Assembly (NCBI GenBank): GCA_010015585.1
Contig: ML975151.1
Origin: Eremomyces bilateralis CBS 781.70
Lineage: Eukaryota
Length of the DNA stretch: 40,692 bases
Direction: 5' to 3' (one strand)
Made by a program: the position numbers and the translations under genes. The notes under the pieces are model-generated. The model had not been told where the DNA came from. It saw only the letters and a program-made list of their open reading frames with translations, and ran no database searches. This document shows, piece by piece, positions 20,452-32,076 of this stretch. Every line of letters starts with the position of its first letter. Position 1 is the stretch's first letter.

Positions 20452-20848
20452 ATGGATTTCGTCAACAAGCTCACCGGCAACAACCAGGGGAGCAACCAGG
20501 GCCAGCAGCAGCAAGCCCAGGGCTCTCAACAAGGCGAACAGCACCAGAGCGGTGGCTTCCTCGGCGGGTTGGGCGACAAGTTCAACGCTGCTGCCGGCGG
20601 GGGCAAGGAGAGTGAGAAGAACGAAGATATGCTCGACAAGTTTGTCTCCCTGATCTAGCCGAAAGATAGTAGCATGGACTGACGATCACTCAAGGGGTGT
20701 CGACTTCGTCCAGGAGAAATTCCTAGGACAGGGTCCTCAGGATAACGAGTCCGCCATCGAGCAGGCCAAAGACGAGAAGATCTCGGACTTCATCCGGGAC
20801 AGGTACAAGGGTGCGACTGGAAAGGAGTTCCCGGTGGCCGATAAATAG
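20452..20848 (+). CDS. Small hydrophilic fungal protein (family often labelled DDR48-like); intron 20640-20694
   Basis: …AAAGGGKESEKNEDMLDK|GVDFVQEKFLGQGPQDNESAIEQAKDEKISDFIRDRYKGATGKEFPVADK*; gtttgt donor, ctgac branch, aag acceptor. Confidence 0.8.
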
Positions 20849-21033
20849 GGCGACCCAGTTCTCATGAACGGGCGCATCATGTCCACGATCCTCGTCATGG
20901 AGAGGACTGAATTTTCCGCGCTCCGAAGAGGGGGCGATTGACGACCTCATGCCTCTTCCACGCGCTGTCTCGATAGTTCGAATATCAGGTATCACAGTAA
21001 CCCGATGCTTTCTCGTATCGAACGTCCTTCCAT

Positions 21034-22587
21034 TCAATGCCTCCATAATCTGACCATCTTGTCCTTCCCACCGCTTCCCACCCGAAGCCCATCCGGGCTC
21101 CAATCCACCGCATAAACTTCATCCTGATGCCCAGGCAGGTCTTCCGCTAGCTTCCCCGTCCGCACATCCCATGCCTTCAAGGTTGTATCCTTCGAAGCGC
21201 TCACTAGCAATCGCGAGTCCGCCGAGAAGCAACATTGATACACCGGCCCCACATGCCCTCGGAGGGTGGTGATAAATCGTCCATCTCTGGCATCCCATAA
21301 CTTGACATGATTGTCAAATGCGGCGGAGGCAATGTACAGTCCGTCGGGGGAGAAGGAGACGTGGTTGACCTGCTTCTGATGCCCTTGCATACGACTGATC
21401 GGCTTGGTGGCCTTGGAAGGTTCCCAGAGGAACATAGTGAAGTCATCGCTTGCCGTAACGAGTCGTTCGACAACCTCATTTTTTATGGTGGCAGCTTTCT
21501 CAAACCGCTGCTTGGCGACGGCAACTTTTTCTTCATCGGTGCGGGGCACGTCCTTCGAGGGGTCGAAATAACCGGTCCGAAGGACAAAGTCGGTTGAGAG
21601 TGCCAGATGATTTACCCAATGTGCGTGAGAGGAGAGCGTGTGGACGACGGCGCCGTTCGAGGCGTTCCACACTTTTACCGTCTTGTCGTGAGAGGCAGTG
21701 TAGATGTAACCCATCCCACCCCACTTAACGCACGACACCGAGCCTTTGTGGCCCGAGAGCGCCATATCGGTTCGTCCCCCAATGCAGTCCCAGATCCGCA
21801 CCGTACAATCTTTCGAAGCCGAAGCGACCCGAGGCCGTCCTTCCTCCCACCGATGATACGGCTCCCATGAAAGGCTCGTAATCCACTTCGTATGGCCTTT
21901 TAGCGGTCCACCGCTGGGTTTTCCATTTTGCGCATGCCACAACCGAACCGTGTTGTCCATGCTGCCAGTGACGATCCACTTGTCGTCCGGCGACCAGCTC
22001 ACCGCAAGGACCCATCCCGTATGTCCCGACAGCGTATGCTTCGGCGTCCCCGTATCGCAGTCCCAGATTCGTGCCGTCGAGTCGCCGCTCCCGCTGACCA
22101 TCCGCGACGATGACGCGGGGGAAAATTGGGTCGCGAGAATCGGGGACCCGTGCCCGGGCATCGCGGCGGCACATCGTGAAATTGCTCGCACTCGAAACAC
22201 CGCTTGCGGCGCATAATGCAGTCGGATTAATTCTTCCGTCGACGCCGTCCCCGGCTTCACCAGCGATCGATATAGATCCGCGTTCTCCCCGAGGGCCTCA
22301 TCACTGATCGTCTCGCCGTCGCGTTTCTCGAAGAAAAATCGATACGGTATGCGGTCGCCGGCGTCTTCGATGCCATTTATAGAGTTGAGGAGAAGTTCAA
22401 GATGTTTGACGGAGGAATTCGTGAGGGAGACGGAGACAGAAGGGCCGGTGGGAGCATTGGTGACTCGGTCGACGAATTGCACACGGATATTGCCCTCTGG
22501 AATGATTTCCGGCTCGGGGACTTGACCGGCTCTTTCGACAGCGGCACGTTTCTGCTTCTTGCTCGGGGGAGGGAGAACGGTCGCCAT
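21034..22587 (-). CDS. RSA4: Ribosome assembly WD40 protein Rsa4/Notchless
   Basis: MATVLPPPSKKQKR, NLE domain, YAPQAVFRVRAISRC, multiple GH...WD repeats, HAHWVNHLALSTDFVLRTG, ends GGKDKMVRLWRH. Confidence 0.95.
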   Translation of the reverse strand: MATVLPPPSKKQKRAAVERAGQVPEPEIIPEGNIRVQFVDRVTNAPTGPSVSVSLTNSSVKHLELLLNSINGIEDAGDRIPYRFFFEKRDGETISDEALGENADLYRSLVKPGTASTEELIRLHYAPQAVFRVRAISRCAAAMPGHGSPILATQFSPASSSRMVSGSGDSTARIWDCDTGTPKHTLSGHTGWVLAVSWSPDDKWIVTGSMDNTVRLWHAQNGKPSGGPLKGHTKWITSLSWEPYHRWEEGRPRVASASKDCTVRIWDCIGGRTDMALSGHKGSVSCVKWGGMGYIYTASHDKTVKVWNASNGAVVHTLSSHAHWVNHLALSTDFVLRTGYFDPSKDVPRTDEEKVAVAKQRFEKAATIKNEVVERLVTASDDFTMFLWEPSKATKPISRMQGHQKQVNHVSFSPDGLYIASAAFDNHVKLWDARDGRFITTLRGHVGPVYQCCFSADSRLLVSASKDTTLKAWDVRTGKLAEDLPGHQDEVYAVDWSPDGLRVGSGGKDKMVRLWRH

Positions 22588-22929
22588 TTCTAAAACGTCG
22601 GTTCGACCAGGCAATGGTCCTGGAAAAGTCGGGGTGTCAATTCAATTGCTGGTTCTGCAATGATGCAGGTGGAAATCTTCAATAATTTTTGGGGCCGTTC
22701 GGACTTTAGCAGCCTCAGGCACTCGACCTAAATAAATTGTGCTCCAATTTTTCGACGCGCCAAGGCTTTGGTGGTTGCCTGGCAGTGACGTCGTATTCAA
22801 CGTGTTGAACTTCGCCCATGCATCCCACTTCCTATAAATCCACTGCTTACATTCTGTGGTTAAGGGTATGTCGATAGCCGTCAAAGAATCCCGGTATAAG
22901 TGAGGTTCCTATTCCAGGAGGCATGTAAC

Positions 22930-25900
22930 ATGCCGTTGACGGCCTCGACCTCCCTTGAATCAAGGCTGGGGACCTCGTACAGCACCCGCACATCAAATAG
23001 GACGAGCCGGACAACTGGGACAACTTCATATCCAACTTTGACTTATCAAGATGAGACCACAGCTACATCCCGTGCTCGATCCAGGCGCAGTCGCAATGGG
23101 CGACCTTCTACATCGCGTCCTAAGACATCGGCATCAACCGTTGGTCGTGTCGAATCGCAACAGGTCATCTGCGCTGTCAGCGAGTCTCGAGGCGTATCTC
23201 CAACCGTAGGGCTAACATTCGTCAATATGGATACGGGTGAAGCGGTCCTCTCCCAGCTGTGTGACAGTCAAACCTATGTCAAGACGATCCATAAGCTCAG
23301 CATCTACTGTCCCACGGAAGTTCTTATCATTCAAAGTGCGGCCAATCCTGCGTCTAAGCTGTTTCAAATCATCGAGAATCATCTTCCTGTCATTGCTAGC
23401 AAACTCGTTCTCGTTGATCGTCGTTACTGGTCGGAGCAATCCGGAATGGATTATATCAAGTCTCTCTGTTTTCCGGAAGATGTCGATTCTTTGATCATGG
23501 CTACTAATGGGAGCTTTTATGCCGTCTGTTGTGTGTCTGCAGTAAGTATTGTCTGGTCATTTGAGATTAAATTGCCTAAGGCCTAGTTTAGGCATTTGCT
23601 TTCATTCAACATCAGTACGGTGTCACGTTTCCACATCATTCACTGCGGTTCAAGTATGAGCCATCCGAGGGATCGATGATGATCGACCTATCAACCGTGC
23701 AAGCGCTCGAACTCATCCAAAACCTGCACAACTCGAAGTCAAAGGACTGCCTCTTCGGACTTTTGAATGGCACTCTGACTCCAATGGGTGCCAGGCTGCT
23801 GCGGGCAAATATTCTACAACCACTCACCGACCCAGATATCATCCAGGGACGTCTTGACGCTCTGGAGGAGATGACAACGAACTCTGGTCAATTCCGGTTC
23901 ATCAGAGATGGCACGTGTCATGCACCGCGAAAATATAGTATGCTAACCTCACTAGCACTTAAGAACTTTCTAGATGGCGAGAAGCTGTTGACTCAGGTAT
24001 ACCATGACCTGATGTGTGCATGATTTGCTTCTAACCCAGCATCCAGCTCATCACCGTCTATACTGCAGAAGGGCGATTAATGCAAGAGCAGGAGCAGGCT
24101 ATCAACAATGTCCTATCTCTAAAATCCTTCGTGAACGCGGTCCCGCCAGTTCATGACGCTCTCCTAGATTCGACGAGTACCTTGCTTCGGAATATTTGCC
24201 AAGTTAGACTCTTAATGGCCCTTCTTAAACTATGGCTTACTTCCCGTAGCTCTGCGATCCGTTAAATATTTCGGAAGTCCAACAGCTCATTGATAGTGTT
24301 GTTGACGAAACCACTATCTTTGCATCGAAGCCACTGGATCTAAGGAACCAGCGCACATATGCAGTCAAGGTATAAATAGTTGGCCCTTTTTTTCTGCGGG
24401 CGTTTTCTAACCGTGTTCTAACCGTGGCTCAGGAAGAAGCCAATGGACTACTTGGAATCGCGCGTCAGAGTTTTGCTGAAGCTCAGAAGGATACCTATGA
24501 CTATGTGACGGAACTCGCAGGTCTGTTCTTACCTGTGACCAAAATGATGCATGATTGACTGTCAGTCGCAGCTATGCATGGAATGAACATTGCCGCCAAA
24601 TATGACAACTACAGGCAATACTACCTCGTCATTCCATTGGATGAGCTGGAAGTCAAGGAACTTCCACCAATCTTTACGAATATCATTCGGAAAAAGAATG
24701 CGGTCGAGTGCCAGACGCTGGACTTGTTGAAGTGGAACCAGAAGGTTGGCGCCCTTTGTCAGATGTTGGATTTTCGTTGACACCTTGCAGATTTCTGATG
24801 CGCATCATGAAGTTCTCAAACAGAGTATTGATACGAGTCTTGGTCAATGGTTTGGCACTTACAAACTCTAGGTGATGAAACCGTATTGTCCTTGCTTGAA
24901 CAGGTGCGTGGTCGAATGTACAATTTGTACAAGATCTGTGAAAGCGTTGCTATGCTTGACATGGTATGTTACTCAGAATTTGCCAAGTTTGCCTCATTAA
25001 CCTTGCATAGCTGGCCTCATTCGCAGAGATAGCAACAACGAAAGACTATGGTTTGCAATTACTGCCCTTCCCTGATCCAAATTTGTTTCAACGCTGACTA
25101 TGCAATCTCTAAGTTCGCCCGCTGTTCACTGATACACTGGCAATCAAAGCTGGGCGACATGCAATTGTCGAATCCATCCAGGGGAACAAATTCATCCCTA
25201 ACGATGTGTATGCAACAAGGCAGACTAGGTTCCAGATCATCACAGGTATTCGATAGCCTCTGTCCTACTAGGAACGGAACCTGCTGATGAATTACAGGAT
25301 GCAATATGAGTGGTATCTGCAGTCAGACATCGCCGAATACTCACATGCTTACTTCGACCTAGGGAAGAGCACTTATATTCGCTCAATTGCTTTGATGACT
25401 ATCATGGCACAAATTGGATGCTTGTACAGCCTAGTAGTTCCGTGTACAGAGCGGCTTTGCTGATATTCGTAGTGTCCCTGCTCAACATGCCTCCTTTTCA
25501 GTCCGCCACCAAATGTTTGCTAGGTTGTCCCTTGACGACAGTATTGAGGCAAATACATCCACCTTCGCCGCAGAAATGCGTGAAACAGCATTCATCCTTC
25601 GGAACGTCAGCGAGACTTCAATGTAAGCGGCTCTTCTACCGCTAAGTGTTCACGTTTGACGATAGAAGGGTCATCATCGACGAACTCGGACGAGGCACAA
25701 GCACGAAGGATGGCATGGCTATCGCAATCGCCATTGCAGAAGCCCTGATTGAAAGTGGAGTACGCGGTTCAAAAATCATTGTCCGAAATATGGCCACTAA
25801 CACTGACAGGCGCTCGTATGGTTTACCTCCCATTTTCTGGATCTTGCTTCCATTCTGGGGGAGCACAATGGTGTGACCAACATGCACCTTGCTGTCGATG

Positions 25901-26297
25901 TAATGTACTCGCGTCACTGTCACCTGACGTTGCTGACTGCGACCAGCTATCCAATGCCCAAGCGATGACGATGCTGTACCGCATCTCCGCTGGCCAAGCC
26001 AAGGAGCAACACTACGGTCTCAAGTCGGCCCGTTTGATGCAACTCCCGGCAACTGTCCTTGACACAGCGCAGACTGTGGCCGAGAAGATCGAAAGGAATC
26101 GGAAGGAGTTGAAACAAGCATCGAGTTCGGTTCAAGCCGGTCGTCGCCGTCGCCTAATCCTTGAATTTCATGAGCATCTGAAGCAAGCCCACAACGGTCG
26201 TCTCGAAGGGCAAGCGCTCAAAAATTGGCTCAATGAGCTGCAAGACGAATTCATCACGCGCATGACTGCCATCAACAGCCTGTCGGAGGGGGGTTGA
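22930..26297 (+). CDS. MSH4: Meiotic MutS homolog 4 (about 16 introns)
   Basis: VICAVSESRG..VG, AVLSQLCDSQTYVKTIHKL, MMIDLSTVQALELIQN, TPMGARLLRANILQP, LDLRNQRTYAVK, FQIITGCNMSGKSTY, STFAAEMRETAFIL, IIDELGRGTS, HYGL; no N-terminal mismatch-binding domain. Confidence 0.92.
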
Positions 26298-27181
26298 GAA
26301 TATGATGCCAGATTTTTCGACCGTCAGATCAACCGATCTTGCCATCGAATCTTCAAACCCTTTGTCCAAATTCTTAACCCACAGCATACTTGGCCCATTG
26401 GCCCAATGGCAAGGCGTCTGACTACGAATCAGGAGATTGTCGGTTCGAGCCCGACATGAGTCAAATATTTCCCTAGTGGTTTCGTTTTTTTCATCATTAC
26501 TTGCTTCTGATCCACTTCGGATTTGAATCAAAGCCACGACAAAATATCCATCATAATTTATGCGAAAGGATGTGAACTACTCCGTACCAATCATACCGTT
26601 GTCTCAGCCATCAAATATACCAAAAGTTCCACTCGGGTCTCTTCTTAGATGTAATAATTGTTCTATGAGCACAATATTATTGTTGTTACATACTCCATCT
26701 CTCGTGAGTTGGTACCATGGTTCGGCAAGCCAGGGGACTAGCCAAAAGAAGCATTTGATCCACAACCTTCCCTGAACGTTTCCGGGGCAACTCCTTCCAA
26801 TCCAAATTCCGAAATCTGGTTTGTCACTTCGAAAACCAAACTTGGTCCACTGGACAGCCAAGTCACCAGGTGTCCAATGGTCGCACAGGGGTTGCAAATT
26901 TCGCCGTGGTCTCGCTAGACAAGGTTGCAAAGCGCTGCAGACCACGAATCGGCTGCAATTGCACCGTACAGCGTGTTCTATTCATGCTCCGGCTTAAATT
27001 CTACGAACCCGCTGATAGGGTCAACAAGGTGCATAAAAGCATAAACAAGAGCCTGCCACTCTATTGAATAATTTGAATCGGAGATTTCAATTTGTTTTAA
27101 CGTTCGACGGTATCAGCATTCAGCTTTCCTTGACTAAAACAGTCCACATTATCTCTATGAAATTATTGGTGGAGTCCCAGC

Positions 27182-28418
27182 TCATGCTTGCTCCGCCAAA
27201 GAGGCCAACGTGCCCAAAATTCGCTTTGTTTCGATTTGGATGGATCTCACGATGTCTCCTGCTGGCTCTATGGACTTAATGAGACCAACACCAGCACCGC
27301 TGCGATAAATTAGTCAAATTCCGATGAAACGTACACATGGATTGAAGAGACTTACGCCCAAATGGACGCCCGCTGGCCATCTCCTCCATTGATAGACGCA
27401 TTGTACAGTTCTGTGCTCTCCTGCATCGGCATCCCGTTCAAATGCTCTTGATACGGCTGATTGACCACAGCTCGACCATCAAACGGAGAAGGCCAGATGT
27501 TGTGGCCTGGAAGTTCATCGAAAAATGCGGTCCTGGGCCGGTTTAGTAGACTCATTCTCGGGACCGACATCGCCAACTCACTTTACGGTGCTCTGGCTTC
27601 CATCCTTTGTCTCTACGAGCAGCTTCTTCCGCCACTCTGGTGTGCCCGCTTCATCACTTACAACGAACCTCGTGCCCATCACCACTCCTCCAGCGCCTGC
27701 TGCCAACGCCGCAGCGACCCCCCTGCCCTCGACAATACCTCCGGCAGCGATGACCGCGACCTCTCTTTCACCCTTTTCCTCTTCCACCGCCTCCACCACC
27801 TCTGGGACCAAGCACGCAAACCCTACGGACCGCTTGAACTGATGCCCACCTGCATCGGAGCCTTGAGCTACGATCACGTCCGCTCCGTCGCGAACGGCGG
27901 CTCGAGCTGCCTCGACATTGCCGGTTTGCACAAAAACTTTGAGTCCCCAGGCGCTTCCGATGGACTTCAAGCCCGGTATGAGCGCCGTGTGCACATCTGC
28001 GGCAGAGGGGGCGAATAGCCAGATTGCCAGGGGCTTGTGCTCTTCCAGAATCGGGGTGACAGACGCGAGACTGGAGGTGGTGGCGGCACTGGGATGGAAT
28101 GTGATAAATCCAATGCCCACTGGCAATGGATCCGAGGATGGGAGAGCTAGGATTTCTCTGGTGCGAGACAGTTCAGAGGAGACAGCAGCTAGCTGGGCGG
28201 AGTTGGGAGAGAGGTCGAAGCCTGCACCAATGAAGCCTGCGGTATTTGTGGTTAATAGGACGTACTTGGCGGTTATGGCCCTGTATAAGCCTACCAAATC
28301 CACCGACTTTAGTTACTGCAGATGCTAATGTTCCCTTTGCTACACCGAACATAGGAGCACTGGCAATGAACGGGAAGGACGTGGAGGGGAACCATGTTTT
28401 CAGTAGAGTATGAGACAT
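27182..28418 (-). CDS. Nitronate monooxygenase / 2-nitropropane dioxygenase family flavoprotein (3 introns)
   Basis: IASAPMFG, AVTKVGGFGFIG, VIVAQGSDAGGHQ, VIAAGGIVEGRGVAAALAAGAGGVVMGTRF, WPSPFDGRA, WAGAGVGLIK. Confidence 0.9.
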
Positions 28419-28534
28419 GGTGATTAGGTGAAGGAGGAAGTCGAGTTGACCAAGTTGGCCAAAGATTATATGTCGCACGTGATGTGCTAAAATGGTTGGG
28501 AGTGAGGTGCTGTTGTTACAGCAGCGAAGTTGTT

Positions 28535-28606
28535 GTATTGTGTGTGTTGTGTGTAAGTTGTGTGTAAGTTGTAAGTTGTGTGTAAGTTGTGTGTTAGTTG
28601 TGTGTT
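28535..28606. repeat. Short tandem repeat of TGTGTAAGTTG-like units
   Basis: ...gtgtaagttg tgtgtaagtt gtaagttgtg tgtaagttgt gtgttagttg tgtg, upstream of the nitronate monooxygenase gene. Confidence 0.8.
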
Positions 28607-28996
28607 CTAGCTGAATGCCTGGTCCCCCGGCCCTACAGATATACGAGAGTCACGGCAAGATTATTAATGCAGTTTGTGATAGAGAATAGCTGTTCCTTTG
28701 ATCAGGTGATCTGGAGATGCGACTTCAGCAGGAGAGCACTTGATTACCAAGAATTGAAAGTGTTGATTGATCTTGATCCTTAATGAGCGTACAAACTACA
28801 AGAAGACGCTCATCTTATATGTTCTGTATACAATTCATGGTCGTGGGAACCTTGGTTTCCTCAAAACGAGCGAAGAAGCAAAGAAAGAAGCATTGGTGAT
28901 ATCGTGGGGTGTGGGATGCTCCTCCACGGGGGAACCACGGGGGAACCATGGGGGAACGCGAGAGGTTGTTCAGCGGTCACCTTTGCTACTAGTTGC

Positions 28997-30770
28997 CTAC
29001 TCCTCCTTCCTTGATGCCGCAGCGCGCCGGAGCAGCACTGGCACACCCTTTGCTGGGTACATTGTCAACCCAAACCCCTTGGTAATTCGACCAGTCTCTC
29101 CCCGCCATTCAATGGTGTCGAACGCTTGCAGCAATCTGACCGTGAGAAAGCTCGCTTCCGTGATAGCGTATTGTTCTGTTTAAATTGTAGCACGTCAGTC
29201 CGGCTGATCCTGTATAACAAAAGGTGTTCTAGAGCCAAATTTGATTGGCAGCAGAGACAAGAGCAAGGAAAGGTACTCACGTCCAATACATATCCTTGGG
29301 CCACCTGAGAAGGGCACATAGGACCAGCTTATCTTGCGCCCTTCCCATCTTTCAGGCCTGAACTCGTCGGCATCCTCTCCCCAGATATCTTTGCGTTTAT
29401 GGACCCCTAAAATGGAATAAACTACAGTCTGCCCCTTCCTGACAGCCACGGGTTTAGTGCCATCCTCACCTCCGCCGACAGGCAGTGTAGTATTCCGAAT
29501 AGCTTGGCGCCCATTGGTGGGGACAGGCGGGTGGATGCGAAGAGCCTCTTGAATGACGAATTGCAGATAGCGGCAGGACTTGAGTTTGCTAGATGTTATG
29601 CTAGAGACATCGACTTCCGATTCACCGAAGTCGAACAGTATTGCTTCACGCAGGCGTGAAAAAACTCGAGGGTTCTTAGCCAGCTCGACGAAGATCCACG
29701 CCAGGAGCGCGGCAGTAGTGTCGCGGCCTGCTCCGAGAATAGCTATATAATAATGTTAGCTACGTAGTGACTCAACAAAGTGAGGGTGGGAAGGGAGATA
29801 GCTTACAGGTCAATTGGTCTCGAAGCTCAATCGGATCCCCACACTCCGTTGCCAATTCTTTTAATAGGTTGTATTTGTTCTCCTTGTCGCTGTTCATTTT
29901 CTCGGATTGGGATCGAGCATTCAGGGCCAATTCGACATATTGATTGACGAATTGCTGCACAAGTTGTCTGGCCCTCCACCATTTTGGGCCCTGAACCAAC
30001 CAGTAAAAATTACCTGCTTGGAGCCGCAATGACAGCCACTCCTGGGCAGTGGTGAAGGCATCCTCAAATTTTTGACTAATTGCCGCACTGGATGTGCCAT
30101 CCTGCTCAGTGGTCAACCTTCCGGCTGCAGCAAGCTGTGAGTCCGTTGTGTGCCCAAATAGGAATGCAGTCGCTGTGTCGAGCGTGAATCGATAAAAATA
30201 GTCCATCAGATTGACTTGCTTGGTCCACCCTCCGGAGCCCTCGGGTAGCACTTCGACCAAGATATTAGCAGCCCTTGCCGTCGCCTCGAAATTGTTGATG
30301 TTCTCCCGGTTGAAGGATGGTCTGAACAAGGCCCTCGAATGAGCCCAGAACTCACCATCCGAGGTGAAGATGCTATGCCCCAACACTGCCCCCAACTGCT
30401 TGTTTCTTTGGTCCCCGAGATCAAAATCTTTGAAGTTGGTTGCAAGTATCGCCTGTAGGTTCTTCGGTTCTATTGTCTCCAGTACATTCAGTCCGAAGAC
30501 TTTGGAAGCTATGGTGAAGGTGTTCAGTGCCTCGTATCGGGGTATAATAACATCATCGAAGAAGTCGGCGCCTTTTGACACTGCCTTCATTGCGCGCCAA
30601 TGGCCATCCAATGCCCACGGCCACTTGATAAGTGTATTTTTTCTAGCCTCCTCACATTGATGCTGTCTTGCATATTGTTGAAAACGGCGCTCAGTTAGAT
30701 ATGAACGAATGTATGAGACGGCAGCATAGGCTAGCAACGCATAGCTAACCCATATCAGGGGGAATCCCAT
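28997..30770 (-). CDS. Cytochrome P450, CYP52-like (alkane/fatty-acid hydroxylase clan), 2 introns
   Basis: TIEPKNLQAILATNFKDFDLG, SIFTSDGEFWAHSRALFRPSF, FTLDTATAFLFG, AGRDTTA (I-helix), EALR, TTLPVGGG, FRPERW, PFSGGPRICIG (heme Cys). Confidence 0.9.
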
Positions 30771-31991
30771 GCTGCGGAGGAGGTGATCGTGTCTGGTGTT
30801 TCAAATTTGATATCAAAGACCAAGTGTAACGAAGGCGAAACCTCGAAGATAGGCGTATATCATAAACCGTTCCATTCGTGATATCGAATCTACAGGAAAG
30901 AAGGAAAGGTAAGATGAGGCATTGTGGTAATGGAGATGTGGGCGAGTGTGCGGATCAGGCTTGAGACTTGAGCGAGTTCGAGCGAACGCATGTAATCGGG
31001 CCGCCCGACTCTACTCAGACTCAAGAACCTTGTCGAGCGTACTTGTCCCGTGTCTTCGCCAGCCAAATAAAGTACAACTTTCGCCTAGTATACACTGTCA
31101 TTCATTCGTATAATGGGCGTAACGAGCCAATCTAAGGCCGAGATCGAGAAAGATTGGTACACTGGTATGGAAGAGGTTTAGCGGAAGACTCGCGACCCAC
31201 GTAAAACGAATCTTGGGCGAGCATCAAGCGAGTCCTTGGCGAGCAAGTGCAAATGAAGTGAGTGGCTCGATTTAAGTCTCCAGCCTGCCAAGGATCTGTC
31301 TTTCGTCAAGGGACAGGGCGTACCAATACTATCCTGCTACGGAGTATGGAGTAACTTTGTGTGCTACCGAAATGACCTCCAAAAACGGAGGTTTCTGACG
31401 CCATTTTTGGAGGGTTTTCCGCTTAGGCGAAACGCTCCCGTTTCGTTACCGACAGTTCCCAAAACTCCCTGCCACAGCGCCAAGACCTTGCACGCGCTCA
31501 CAGCTTCGGATCCCTGCACCTTGCACGCAGACTTGCTCAAGCACTTGGGGTCCGTTTTTGGACTTCCAACTCTCGTTTTCAGTTTTTCAACTCTCGCAAC
31601 TCCTATCGCTCTATGCTAATTTAGGAAGCATGATGGTGTCAAATGCCATGGCTCCGCTGCGGAGTCTCCATCTGTTTTCGCGTATTATAACCAATATCCA
31701 GGTCCGTCGCTCGATGGATCGCTCCGTCATCCCTGTTTCTCTGATCTCTCTTGTTCTTGAGCTCTCGCTATTTCGCAGTTGTATACCAATCTCTGTCATC
31801 CCGCGGCCTTTGGTAAAATTACCCTTTACTTTTCCTACGGTACCGCTCCCTACATCGATCGCCGAGACCATCGTAATGTGAAGGGGAATCAAGTCACGCC
31901 CCGATTACATCACGAGACACTGCTGCACGGACCAGTGGGGTAGGGCGGTAGGGCCAAGACCCTCTCCGTCACGGACCCCCACGACTGATTT

Positions 31992-32010
31992 TTATCTCAT
32001 CTTATCTGAT
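31992..32010 (-). promoter_or_regulatory. Tandem extended GATA sites matching the SreA/Sre1 iron-repressor consensus ATCWGATAA
   Basis: TTATCTGAT (32002-32010) reverse-complements to ATCAGATAA (exact match); TTATCTCAT (31992-32000) is a one-mismatch copy; about 70 bp upstream of the ferric reductase ATG. Confidence 0.65.
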
Positions 32011-32076
32011 CGGTCTTTGTCTGATGTACATCGCTCCCTTCGCCCCTCTCCCCTTCGTTCGACCTCTTCGCCCAGG

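Noticed and set aside
24405..24428. Tandem duplication TTCTAACCGTG in an MSH4 intron (two branch sites)
   Set aside because: No alternative AG between the copies, so no predicted change to the product.
26300..27180. Short ORFs between MSH4 and the nitronate monooxygenase
   Set aside because: No recognisable motifs or coherent exon chain.
28928..28958. Three GGGGAAC(C) repeats downstream of the P450 stop
   Set aside because: Short simple repeat in a 3' UTR with no further supporting structure.
197..30770. A lipid-metabolism gene cluster (ECI1, DGA1, SCP2-PhyH, CYP52)
   Set aside because: The genes are dispersed among unrelated housekeeping genes, with no cluster regulator or backbone enzyme; likely coincidence without synteny data.
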